Sequence record: NC_070993.1
Source: Escherichia phage vB_EcoP_IMEP8
Strand: one strand, 5' to 3'
DNA length: 64,000 bases
The position numbers and the translations under genes were made by a program. This document shows positions 51,032 through 60,242 of this stretch, in pieces (within the stretch, counting starts at the first letter, position 1; each line of letters begins with the position of its first letter). A model generated the notes under the pieces. The model did not search any database. It saw nothing but the letters and a program-made list of their open reading frames with translations, and was not told the DNA's origin.

Positions 51032-51274
51032 CTATGGAGTTAAGATAATTTCAGCCTTACTAAACTTCTCACCAACTTCAAGAGTATCAGCAACAGGACG
51101 GGGCACACCTGTACCCAAACAAACAGCCCTTCGATACCCTCCAGTCACAGGCATCATCAAATAGATGATCTGATTATCATCTTCTTTTAAAGTGAAGATA
51201 TCAGAGATCGATAGATCTTTAACAAAGAGTTTCTTTTCTTCTTCATGATGAACTTTGATATGTATTGTGCTCAT
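51032..51274 (-). CDS. small early protein, paralog family A member
   Basis: Shared L..L..GD.F...(hydrophobic)...L..G pattern with 6 other approx 80-aa ORFs. Confidence 0.5.
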   Translation of the reverse strand: MSTIHIKVHHEEEKKLFVKDLSISDIFTLKEDDNQIIYLMMPVTGGYRRAVCLGTGVPRPVADTLEVGEKFSKAEIILTP

Positions 51275-51276
51275 AC

Positions 51277-51522
51277 CTACTCCTGAACCACTGACATACG
51301 AATCATTTCTACCTGATCATCAAGACCTTTAACAGATAATACACCTGTGAAAAGGTTTACCACAGGAACCCAACCACTGGCTATACGGATGTTACCAGAA
51401 GCATTTTCAACCCTCATGTAATACTGAGGAGAGGCGCTTCCGTTCTGAACCATAAAAGGGTTTCCGGGAATGATTGTTTCCAATCGTACCGTATTATCCT
51501 TTTTCTTTGGGATGATTTTCAT
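51277..51522 (-). CDS. small early protein, paralog family A member
   Basis: As above. Confidence 0.5.
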   Translation of the reverse strand: MKIIPKKKDNTVRLETIIPGNPFMVQNGSASPQYYMRVENASGNIRIASGWVPVVNLFTGVLSVKGLDDQVEMIRMSVVQE

Positions 51523-51761
51523 TAGACATTACTCACTAAAAGTTCGGCTGATACAGGGACAACTTGGCACGTAGAATCTGGTGCTGTTACAAGTCCGTCA
51601 TGTAGACGAAGGGCTAGAGTACGTCCACTATTTACGGATACATTGGGTGTGCCGTGAACAAAACCTTTAACATAAAGTGTATCACTATCTGGATGCTTAA
51701 ACACGGCCCCATTTTCTAAGGACTCAAGTGGGACACGATCCACTCTCTTTGTAATTTTCAT
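51522..51761 (-). CDS. small early protein, paralog family A member
   Basis: As above. Confidence 0.5.
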   Translation of the reverse strand: MKITKRVDRVPLESLENGAVFKHPDSDTLYVKGFVHGTPNVSVNSGRTLALRLHDGLVTAPDSTCQVVPVSAELLVSNV

Positions 51762-52012
51762 TTAGAACCCTTAATAACGTTGGCTTCGACTTTAACAGGG
51801 ATAACAGTAATACCATCAACCGGACCACTCAGATTACCATCTTCCAGCCTGACACACACGACTCGATCTCGTGCAACTTCTACCCAATTAGTAGATGCCG
51901 CAGTACAAACCATATGGATTGGACCATTCTCTTCCAGCCGGAAGGTATCGCCCTTCTTCAGAGTGCGGAGCTTTGCTGTCTTGATGGTTTTGTTCAACTC
52001 GTTAACTTTCAT
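51758..52012 (-). CDS. small early protein, paralog family A member
   Basis: As above. Confidence 0.5.
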   Translation of the reverse strand: MKVNELNKTIKTAKLRTLKKGDTFRLEENGPIHMVCTAASTNWVEVARDRVVCVRLEDGNLSGPVDGITVIPVKVEANVIKGSK

Positions 52013-52020
52013 ATTGATTC

Positions 52021-52332
52021 CTATTTAAGTTTGAGGCTAATATTCAGGTGCATACATGCCCTGTTCTGTACAGCAGCATAACTTCTACCGAGCATGTCAG
52101 CCATTCTCTGAATAGACATGAACCCAGCATTACGGATAAGGAACTGGTCTTCTTCTTTAGACCACTTAACTCGGATTACAGCTCTAGAGATACCAAACTT
52201 AGTGCAAGCCGTATTAACTGCATTCTCCGTTACATTCATAATCTGAGCAACCTCTTGAACAGAGTACTCTTTGATTAGTCTCCGAAGATTTTCAATCTGC
52301 ATCGGAGTCCATATAGTTCTTCGAGCTTTCAT
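52021..52332 (-). CDS. DNA-binding protein with two tandem HTH-like repeats
   Basis: Internal repeat WTPMQIENLRRL...VQEVAQIMNVTENAV / WSKEEDQFLIRN...SIQRMADMLGRSYAAV. Confidence 0.5.
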   Translation of the reverse strand: MKARRTIWTPMQIENLRRLIKEYSVQEVAQIMNVTENAVNTACTKFGISRAVIRVKWSKEEDQFLIRNAGFMSIQRMADMLGRSYAAVQNRACMHLNISLKLK

Positions 52333-52826
52333 ACATCCTCCAATTAAACATTTATATAAGACTTTCTTAGATAAAGATTCAATAAAATAGGGGGAGGGGA
52401 CGAATCCTCCCTTATCCTATTAATTAATATTGCATGTAAGATCTAACAGTCGGTTGCCTTTGTAGGAATAAGCGTTATGCTCACCCAGCACTAAACTCCC
52501 GCCCCCTTAGTGGGCTGGGTTATTAAAGGGTAACGCCCTTATGGGCTAGTTACGTGAATGTTAGTTTGATAGGAGATCTGAAGTCCTATCTCAAAGGACT
52601 CTCGTAAGAATCCTTCACGATAAGCTCTTAATACACCAAGCCATGTAAGAGAAACACTCTCTTAGTTAACTCTGCTTTAGCTCTGTAATAAGCCTTAGAA
52701 CCTAACAGGCGGCGTTTAACAAAGAACTTAATGTCATTGCTAACATCTTGTATTAAACGTTCCTGTACAGCTTCTGAGGAGCTATTAATCGAATCAATTA
52801 ACACCTTTGTAGATGTGTAATTCATA

Positions 52827-53126
52827 TCACCACTCCTTACCGGTTGTAGTCGTAGAGCCACCACACCACAACGCTGTATCAATCACAACATTATCTGGCG
52901 TAGACTTCTCTTCGTTGATAGAAGGGTTAGCATTAGAGCAGGTTGCTCCGTTCCAGCGCATATCAATCTCACCAGAAGGAACCTTCTCGCCCTTATGCCA
53001 GCGAGACACACAAATACCATCCACTGCTACTGCACACCATCCATCAGGACGGCTCTGTACGCAGCCTGTAAGGGCCACACAGACGATGAAAATACATGTT
53101 AAGGATATTACACCACCCCAACTCAT
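52827..53126 (-). CDS. Cys-rich lipoprotein (candidate superinfection-exclusion or envelope-targeting protein)
   Basis: Signal peptide with lipobox ALTGC; several Cys in mature part. Confidence 0.5.
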   Translation of the reverse strand: MSWGGVISLTCIFIVCVALTGCVQSRPDGWCAVAVDGICVSRWHKGEKVPSGEIDMRWNGATCSNANPSINEEKSTPDNVVIDTALWCGGSTTTTGKEW

Positions 53127-53402
53127 AACTATCTCCTATTTGATTTGGCGCACCGTGTAGGATTCCAACCTACAACCCATTTCTTAGAAGGAAATTGCTC
53201 TCTGCAATTGAGCTAACGGCGCAGAATCATTTAGATCATATCTCGCTTGGTGATATGACCACATGTTTTACATCGAAGTATATAACGAGTTCCTGTGTCT
53301 TCTATTTTACCGAACTCATCATACACATTTAAACGAATCTCTTTGATTGTCTCCCACTTGTGAATATGGAAGAGGTATTTAAACCACTTGAACATATCAA
53401 CC

Positions 53403-53654
53403 TCAAGCACAAGCAGGGAGTGTGATGATTTTATGCTTACCGTCAAACTCGCTAAATAAACCCAAGAATGTAGGACTGTAAGTACCAGTACAAACAAACT
53501 CATCAAACAATGCGTTATAGCTAGGCTTAATCTTCCAAGCCCATACATAACCCATCTTGTCAATTGCAATGTAACGAGTGTTCAGAGGAACAGTCATCAT
53601 CACATCATCAACTTCGATCACTTTAGTAATTGGTGCAGCTTGGAAGTTTTTCAT
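53403..53654 (-). CDS. hypothetical protein (83 aa)
   Basis: ORF only. Confidence 0.4.
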   Translation of the reverse strand: MKNFQAAPITKVIEVDDVMMTVPLNTRYIAIDKMGYVWAWKIKPSYNALFDEFVCTGTYSPTFLGLFSEFDGKHKIITLPACA

Positions 53655-53866
53655 ACTTTACCTTTGATGAAAATGTCATTACCACAGACACAGCATGAAC
53701 GAACAACAGTAGCGCCACGCTGAACGATACGAACCTCTTCCTTAACCAGATTAACACGAGCACCACAGCAAGGAGAGTTAACATAAGAGTAACCAGCTTG
53801 TGTATTCTTGATTGTTTGCTTAGACATTTGAGCTTCCTATTGTTGGTTTAAGTAAGAGATATATCT

Positions 53867-54067
53867 CTATTTCAAGATTGACTTAATAATTTTAGACATG
53901 ACCCGATTAATAAACTTATTAGCAAACCTACTTCCTAGATTATCTAGAGGCCCTCTAGCCTTTCTCGCTGGAGTAGACAGCTTCTTATGTGTGGCAGCTT
54001 CACGGTCAGCAATTTGTGCTTCCAGTAGCTTAATCTTGAGTTCTTCTTCTCTTTCCTTGAAAGTCAT
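53867..54067 (-). CDS. hypothetical basic protein (66 aa)
   Basis: ORF only. Confidence 0.4.
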   Translation of the reverse strand: MTFKEREEELKIKLLEAQIADREAATHKKLSTPARKARGPLDNLGSRFANKFINRVMSKIIKSILK

Positions 54068-54516
54068 AAGGCCCCCATATAGATAAAAGTTCCCCCTACT
54101 AAGTCTATAACCTTAGTCAATAGGGACACTACACCTAGGATACCTAACACCCATAGTGTAATCTTAGCCAATACCCCGTGACTGCCTTTACGGATACATC
54201 CAGAATTGACTACGAATGCAACAACACCACCGATAGAACCTGCTGTGGTGTACCAGTTATTTGGTTTATGACCATATAGTTGTTCAAGTTTCTTCTGGAA
54301 CTTGAAAGTAGTCACGATTAGGATAACTTGTAAGCCAAATGCAGCCCATACAGTCAGTAGGTATTGTTTAAACCCATCAAGTGATTGAATCCCATCAACA
54401 TCAATCCTGTCAACATAAACATTAACCCCTATAAGGACTAAGAATAAGAAGATGATAGGTAAGAAAGATTCTTTAAAATAATCATCGCCAGCTACAAAAT
54501 CATTTTTAGTTTCCAT
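54064..54516 (-). CDS. integral membrane protein (about 4 TM helices)
   Basis: Four hydrophobic segments. Confidence 0.5.
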   Translation of the reverse strand: METKNDFVAGDDYFKESFLPIIFLFLVLIGVNVYVDRIDVDGIQSLDGFKQYLLTVWAAFGLQVILIVTTFKFQKKLEQLYGHKPNNWYTTAGSIGGVVAFVVNSGCIRKGSHGVLAKITLWVLGILGVVSLLTKVIDLVGGTFIYMGAL

Positions 54517-54599
54517 GATATGCCTCTATTTAATAAAGTAATTAAAGGTGATTTACCTAAAACAACAAAGGCCACCCGATTGGGCAGCCTTTCTTTTAT

Positions 54600-54800
54600 T
54601 CAAAGAGTATGTATTTGCAGCTCTCGAAGTTTCATAGCCACATAAGAGTCAGAAGAAATAAGCCACTTATGAAAGACTACCTTAGCACCAGTTCGAGAAC
54701 AACCTAACTCTTGTGCAAGCTTACTGAACACATCCCCGTCTTCTGCAAAGAAGAAAGGAGCACAACGACAGATCGCTTTTTGTTCTTTGTTAGTTACCAT
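54600..54800 (-). CDS. hypothetical protein (internal start MVTNKEQK)
   Basis: ORF; start adjusted because a 46-aa upstream ORF overlaps the ORF-track start. Confidence 0.35.
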   Translation of the reverse strand: MVTNKEQKAICRCAPFFFAEDGDVFSKLAQELGCSRTGAKVVFHKWLISSDSYVAMKLRELQIHTL

Positions 54801-55228
54801 ATGTCCAATTGCCTTGCTTGTTACGGATGGCTGACATTGCATGAACCCAGAAGCCTTCCAGTTTCAGAGCACCGTTAGCTACTGCATCCATACGTTCAGG
54901 GCGGTTCATACGTTTGGTTGATACTTTCATACCTATCTCTCTTTGTTAGTGGAGGCATTATTGCCAGTTGATATAGCGGATGACTCTTACAATAGAGCCA
55001 CCTACTCTACAAACTGGTGAAGACTCCCTACCCCTAGGAAGTCTCCTGAATCCCAAACCAATATGTACCCCTACATATCAGAAAGTCTTTCGAAAATTAA
55101 CAGGTTTTAGTCTAACACCGGATGTTCGAGCAAGCTCTCCCTAGCGGTGTGGCATATGCCTGATTAATAAGTTAATGAGGAACACCCTCACATAGCCCTC
55201 TGATAAACACAAGGGCTATAAGCCGGTG

Positions 55229-55447
55229 TTACTTTTGAGATAAACACAGATCAGGACGTGGCATAACAGTAGTTGATAGGCCGAAGACTTCAACAGAACC
55301 GCTGTTCAGGTTAGCGGCTTTACGCAGACCATCAGGAGTTTTATCTTCTAGCATCAGCCAGAAACGTTTATCGTAAGAGAAAACATCACCACCCTTAACA
55401 TCTTCTGCATTTGCATATTTAGGATAATCAACTACTTTAATTTCCAC
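55229..55447 (-). CDS. small early protein, paralog family A member
   Basis: Shared pattern. Confidence 0.45.
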   Translation of the reverse strand: MEIKVVDYPKYANAEDVKGGDVFSYDKRFWLMLEDKTPDGLRKAANLNSGSVEVFGLSTTVMPRPDLCLSQK

Positions 55448-55451
55448 TTAA

Positions 55452-55778
55452 TTACTCCTTACTTTCTTTAGTAATTGCATTTAACATAAGGTTCATTTTG
55501 TATACCCCTTTCTGAATCAAAGGCAAGAACTCATCCCCTAAGTCAGAAGACAGTAAACTCAAACTTCCAGTCTTGATGCCACGACATGCTGACTCTACCT
55601 CATCCGGCAACAATGCCATATTAAACCACGGAGATTTAATTTCTACTGTAAATCCGGGATTGTATCGGCTCTCACTATGACCGAACTCTAGATATGTAAC
55701 ACCAGAACAATGTTTCATTTGAGCACGAATTGTTACGGTTGGTTTGCACATCACAAAAGAAGAAACAGACATATTCAC
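55452..55778 (-). CDS. hypothetical protein (108 aa)
   Basis: ORF only. Confidence 0.4.
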   Translation of the reverse strand: MNMSVSSFVMCKPTVTIRAQMKHCSGVTYLEFGHSESRYNPGFTVEIKSPWFNMALLPDEVESACRGIKTGSLSLLSSDLGDEFLPLIQKGVYKMNLMLNAITKESKE

Positions 55779-56026
55779 TTCCGATTGGTAATTACTGCAT
55801 CATGGATAACTGAAACAGGTAAGTTTGAATCTAGCTTCATTACTTGATTGGTGCTTAAACTAAGAACTACACAACCATTCCGAAGATCAGTCTCTGACAC
55901 ATGTGGTGTATATAACTGAACGATCATATAATAATCAATACATGTTGCCTTAACTTGGAACACATCACCAAGTTTCAAATCACCCACACGCAACTCTTTA
56001 GCTTTCATCTCAAGATCAATCTTCAT
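55775..56026 (-). CDS. small early protein, paralog family A member
   Basis: Shared pattern. Confidence 0.5.
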   Translation of the reverse strand: MKIDLEMKAKELRVGDLKLGDVFQVKATCIDYYMIVQLYTPHVSETDLRNGCVVLSLSTNQVMKLDSNLPVSVIHDAVITNRK

Positions 56027-56273
56027 CTTTAGCCTCTATGTTGGTTATGTGGAGATCACTGCGTACTTGGCAGATCTCATCTCGGTTGATACCGGTCAGT
56101 GTTCCGGATACCACATTAACACATTTAACATGATAGTCAGATGTTGAATCTGTTCTGATATAAAGAATGCCTCGGAAAGAAAACAAAACTCCAGGCTTCA
56201 TGTTAGTTAAGCGAATCGTTGTATGATCGTGCTTAATATTAACTTTCACTGTTAATCTCCTGCTGCTTAGCAA
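56016..56273 (-). CDS. small early protein, paralog family A member
   Basis: Shared pattern. Confidence 0.5.
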   Translation of the reverse strand: MLSSRRLTVKVNIKHDHTTIRLTNMKPGVLFSFRGILYIRTDSTSDYHVKCVNVVSGTLTGINRDEICQVRSDLHITNIEAKDED

Positions 56274-56535
56274 TAGCTACTCGCAAGTCTTCATTAGCAC
56301 GAGCAAGGCGCAATACTTCATGGTTGAGATTCTGAAGACGCTTATTTCTGTCCTCTACTTGCATAATAAGATCGTTGAGTGTTGCTTTAACTTTCTCATT
56401 ATACATCTCATCTACTCGGACTAGAGATTTATACATTCTCTCCCAGCTTGCTGCTTTGTTTCTGAGAACAATAAATCCTATAACGCTGATAGTTAAACAG
56501 CTTACAAAAAGGAATTTATATACTTCTAAAGTCAT
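56239..56535 (-). CDS. membrane-anchored coiled-coil protein (98 aa)
   Basis: N-terminal TM FLFVSCLTISVIGFIVL then helical charged region. Confidence 0.45.
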   Translation of the reverse strand: MTLEVYKFLFVSCLTISVIGFIVLRNKAASWERMYKSLVRVDEMYNEKVKATLNDLIMQVEDRNKRLQNLNHEVLRLARANEDLRVAIAKQQEINSES

Positions 56536-56734
56536 ACTATTTACCCTTTATCAGAGATTAAAAGTAATATTATTTAAGTAAGTTATATTTAGTAAACTTA
56601 TTTTCTAAGAAATTTTCAAAGGGTCTATATACAGAGCATTACCCATAGTCCCAGAATACTACCATCTTTTTCAATAAATTTACTAAGTGGTTGGTTTATA
56701 AAGGAATTTAGTTTGTCAAATCTGGCACTAGTAA

Positions 56735-57124
56735 TTATTCCCTAGAGCTATTATCGAACACTAAATCACCACAATACATAGGATTGGCATACCATTTTGG
56801 CACCCCCTCGCTCTTACTCTGAAAGTAAGTCCCACTGTACAGCGGAACATAATTCTTCTTAAGGGCACGTTTAGCAAGTCGCTCGCTTTCTCCAATGGCT
56901 TGCTTAGTCATCGGATTCTTATCACGAATCAGCTTTACATAACGTTTATAAGGTTTCTCCTGTTTTAATAGTACCGGAATCCACTCAAACTGGTTCTTTT
57001 GTCTTATCACCTGTTCAGCGGTCAGTTTTCGTTGAGCCATTCTATTTATTACGGTATCCGCAACCATAGCTTTACATGCGGTTGGCTGATTCCCTGCCTC
57101 ATAATAAATAGTCAATGTCAACAT
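56735..57124 (-). CDS. SleB/CwlJ-like cell wall hydrolase domain protein (Hydrolase_2-like)
   Basis: LTIYYEAGNQPTACKAMVADTVINRM resembles conserved YGEARGE...VA.VILNRV core. Confidence 0.45.
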   Translation of the reverse strand: MLTLTIYYEAGNQPTACKAMVADTVINRMAQRKLTAEQVIRQKNQFEWIPVLLKQEKPYKRYVKLIRDKNPMTKQAIGESERLAKRALKKNYVPLYSGTYFQSKSEGVPKWYANPMYCGDLVFDNSSRE

Positions 57125-57310
57125 TAGCTGGGCCGTTGTTATCAGAACTTGCTACCTCCTCTCATGATAAAATACCTTTCATTTATGCCTTACTCGAAGC
57201 CCTCCTTGTGGCTTTTAGTATGGATTGCTTAGCCTTAGTCTTAACTTCTTCTGTCATTCCATCAAAAACACCGAGCTTAGTTAGCTCCTTACTAGGAGGC
57301 TTATAGGAAG

Positions 57311-57354
57311 GGTTTAAAGCATTAGATAAATTATGACCATAGGCATGACCACGG
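57311..57354. repeat. 44-bp direct repeat, copy A (41-42/44 identical to 63415-63458)
   Basis: GGTTTAAAGCATTAGATAAATTATGACCATAGGCATGACCACGG. Confidence 0.85.
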
Positions 57355-57378
57355 CACAATAAAGAAGAAAGATTAAGC

Positions 57379-57744
57379 CTATGGATTTACACATTGACCG
57401 TTACCGGATGCGATTTCATTCATTGACTCATCAAACAAGGTTAGGGATGAGCGCATCAAGTGATCGACCGTGATTTGTTTACCAGTGGATTCGTTTACCA
57501 GTAGAATCATTTTACTATCCGATTGCACATGATCGAAATCATTTATATGTAAAATAATAACCTTAGGTGACTTTTTACCAGTCGAATAGTTTTCTATCAA
57601 ATAGGTGCACTGTAAACCTTCCACCGTATCAGGGGAAAATGTTGCAGCCTTAACGCTACCCATAGCCGACAATAAGACACCTAACAGAAGAATGACCAGA
57701 AAGAAGCCTACAACCATCTTAACGATGAATTTAATAATACCCAT
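57379..57744 (-). CDS. secreted/membrane-anchored protein (121 aa)
   Basis: Hydrophobic N-terminus VVGFFLVILLLGVLLSAMGSVKA. Confidence 0.45.
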   Translation of the reverse strand: MGIIKFIVKMVVGFFLVILLLGVLLSAMGSVKAATFSPDTVEGLQCTYLIENYSTGKKSPKVIILHINDFDHVQSDSKMILLVNESTGKQITVDHLMRSSLTLFDESMNEIASGNGQCVNP

Positions 57745-57943
57745 GATAATTAACCTTTAGTAATTAGTTTAAGAATATCGAAAGCGGCAACAATCAATAA
57801 ATAGTTTAAAGAAATGAAGCCAATGACAAACAAAAACAGAAACAACGCAACCGGACCTCAAAGGATGTAAGAATAAAGCATATCAGCGACGAATAACGCC
57901 ACTGTAACAACGAACAAGCAACGCCAAAAATAATCACGAATCA

Positions 57944-58210
57944 TTAGTTGCCTTTACCTTTAAATAGCGCTACCCTAAGCAATTCGACTTCTTCTAGCGA
58001 CAACAAAATCCCACGTTGCGCCAAATACTGACCAGCTAGTAACGAATCCATGATCAAAGCAACGGCGGGAAAACTCACCGTCTTAATGCTATCGCCGACA
58101 ATAAACAAGATTAAGCATTTGTCAGAATCGTCAGTATATGAGAAATCGATCTCACCATAATTGTGAGTCAGAATAGTAAAGCTGTATTCTTTAGCCATTT
58201 TTGTCACCAT
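57944..58210 (-). CDS. hypothetical protein (88 aa)
   Basis: ORF only. Confidence 0.4.
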   Translation of the reverse strand: MVTKMAKEYSFTILTHNYGEIDFSYTDDSDKCLILFIVGDSIKTVSFPAVALIMDSLLAGQYLAQRGILLSLEEVELLRVALFKGKGN

Positions 58211-58451
58211 TCAGCCCATGATTGAGCAGGTTAGCCAGCGATAATCCACCGTCAAAATAAACAGAACGAAAATCATCGCGGGTAATTTCAAGGCCAGCAA
58301 ACTTCAACCAATTTTTAGCTGACTGGAAATCCATTTTGCAAAAAGTGATAATAGGCACTGTAAGCTGACCATCCAGTGTGTTAAACATAATTTCTGAACG
58401 ACCAACAAAACAAGAAAAACCGTTTGATAATTTAATTTCTTTGATAGCCAT
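58191..58451 (-). CDS. hypothetical protein (86 aa)
   Basis: ORF only. Confidence 0.4.
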   Translation of the reverse strand: MAIKEIKLSNGFSCFVGRSEIMFNTLDGQLTVPIITFCKMDFQSAKNWLKFAGLEITRDDFRSVYFDGGLSLANLLNHGLNGDKNG

Positions 58452-58476
58452 TTTTACACTCCTGAAAATTGGTTAT

Positions 58477-58968
58477 TTACTTACTGGCCTTGATGCAGTT
58501 GGCTAGATTGACGTGAACGGTATAAACAGCATTATCAGCATTATTATAAACCGTGGTGGCAATCATCGACTGATTAACCGGGCCATAACTCACTAGATTG
58601 GTGACAGCTTTAACGTCTTTGTAACGTTGTACAGTGCCATACGTCACCATATCCGCATCGTTATCAGTACGCTTGAGAACTAGATCACTGTTAGGCTGAT
58701 TGTCTAGTGTCTTAGACTGAAAGAGAACGCCTTCATTAGTTACGTTGCTAAATTTCATTTTTAACACAATGGCACTTCCATCACTATCCGCACCATTGCA
58801 AATCATCCAACCTTTATTGATGGAACTAACAAAGATGTCAGCGGCATCAGTTGTAGGAGTAGGGCCAGCGATAGCCTTATCAGAAAGAGATGTAACCAGT
58901 GCACTAACACCGATCGCGGCGACTAGTGCATAACTTGCCAGATTAATCATCTGCATCGGTTTAGTCAT
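58477..58968 (-). CDS. secreted protein with signal peptide (163 aa)
   Basis: Signal peptide LASYALVAAIGVSALVTSLSDKAIA; SD AAGGAG. Confidence 0.5.
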   Translation of the reverse strand: MTKPMQMINLASYALVAAIGVSALVTSLSDKAIAGPTPTTDAADIFVSSINKGWMICNGADSDGSAIVLKMKFSNVTNEGVLFQSKTLDNQPNSDLVLKRTDNDADMVTYGTVQRYKDVKAVTNLVSYGPVNQSMIATTVYNNADNAVYTVHVNLANCIKASK

Positions 58969-59183
58969 TTTGCTACTCCTTAGATAGAATCAATTAACTA
59001 TTGCCACTATATAATAAAAGGAAAGAGCGACAACCATTTATTTTTAGCTTTCTTATAACTCACTGAATCTTAAAGAAATTTAATTTACTAAACCTTCTCA
59101 TTCAGGGCATAGCTTACTACTTATATAATACAAAGACGGTATTCAAGGTTACTACTCATACTTATACCTCCTGTTTTACGGGC

Positions 59184-59211
59184 ATAAAAAAGCCCCAGCC
59201 GTAGCCGGGGC
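59184..59211 (-). terminator. rho-independent terminator (minus strand)
   Basis: GCCCCGGCTACGGCTGGGGC hairpin followed by T-run on minus strand. Confidence 0.5.
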
Positions 59212-59273
59212 AAACCTGAAAGCAACACATGACCGTTGCTATAAATACACTCGCAAATGTACTTACAGCAACG

Positions 59274-59296
59274 CAAAAAGCCGCTCAAAGGCGGCT
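59274..59296 (-). terminator. rho-independent terminator (minus strand)
   Basis: AGCCGC-loop-GCGGCT hairpin followed by T-run on minus strand. Confidence 0.5.
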
Positions 59297-59522
59297 ATGC
59301 GGAAGCTTCAAATGGGGAGAGGGCACGACGTGACAGAAAGAGCGTCATAGTACTAAAAAGAGAGGCTATTGGAGAGGTTACTTATTGCCTTCTTTAATGC
59401 CTTGTTTTCTTGTTTAACCAAATCGTTTTCTTCTTGCAAGGATGCTACCAGATGAACCAGAACATCAACTACTGCATCACCTTGCCGCATCTCTCTGACT
59501 TTATTTAGAATCTCTGAATGAT

Positions 59523-59969
59523 TCATTTTACCCTCGCCTCTTTGATGGGGTCAATGTATTTCTCAACGCCCCACTTGTGTTTACTGTCTGCGTAGAAAAC
59601 ATCAGGCGCACACTGGCTAGTCTTGGGAAACGCTTGAGGGTCTTTCGTGCTACCCTTAAACTTCTGTTTACCACGGGTGCGACCATTACAGAATATTTCT
59701 AACCTCTTCTCCTCTTCTGTTTTAGCTCCCCCGCTCTTTAACAAAGAACGTTTATGATCGGCTAACAATAACGCATCAGCACGATGGACGCGATGGCCTA
59801 CACGTTTTGCCACACTAGAAGGAACATGAGATTCAGCCTCAGCCTTTGCAGCACGACGTTTTAAACTGCGCTTACTGACGTGATTGGTTGCCTTTGGCTT
59901 CTCTTTCTCCAGTTCAGAGATAGAAAAACAACGCCCGCCTTTCATGCTGATTTTAGATTTAGCCATTAT
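59523..59969 (-). CDS. basic protein (about 148 aa, internal start MAKSKIS)
   Basis: ORF; K/R-rich. Confidence 0.4.
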   Translation of the reverse strand: MMAKSKISMKGGRCFSISELEKEKPKATNHVSKRSLKRRAAKAEAESHVPSSVAKRVGHRVHRADALLLADHKRSLLKSGGAKTEEEKRLEIFCNGRTRGKQKFKGSTKDPQAFPKTSQCAPDVFYADSKHKWGVEKYIDPIKEARVK

Positions 59970-60242
59970 CTTATTCCTTTTTAGTGATAAATTATATCGG
60001 GCAAGCCCATCAAGGTGACGGGCTTGAACAAATAACTTAATCAAGTAAACTGAATGACTTCCAACTGCGTAGAAGGATTGTACCATCATCCATAGTCACG
60101 CATAACTTTAACAGCCTCTTGCTAGTGCTGCTCACCGTTGTAATTTGTCCGGTTGTACATTTACCTTTATTGCTGTAAAGATATATAACACGACGGCCTA
60201 ACAAACGAGATGGCGCTTTCTTAAACTCTGAAATATTAGTGA

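Noticed and set aside
52381-52420. Possible tRNA gene in the hairpin-rich intergenic region
   Set aside because: No canonical T-loop (TTCRANY) with matching acceptor and anticodon stems could be assembled by eye; it needs tRNAscan before any call.
57311-57354. 44-bp repeat as a T7/SP6-type single-subunit RNAP promoter (contains ATTAGGT...ATAGG)
   Set aside because: Spacing between the ATTAGG and ATAGG blocks is longer than in known single-subunit RNAP promoters, no phage RNAP gene is present in the window, and the plus-strand orientation would read antisense to neighbouring genes.
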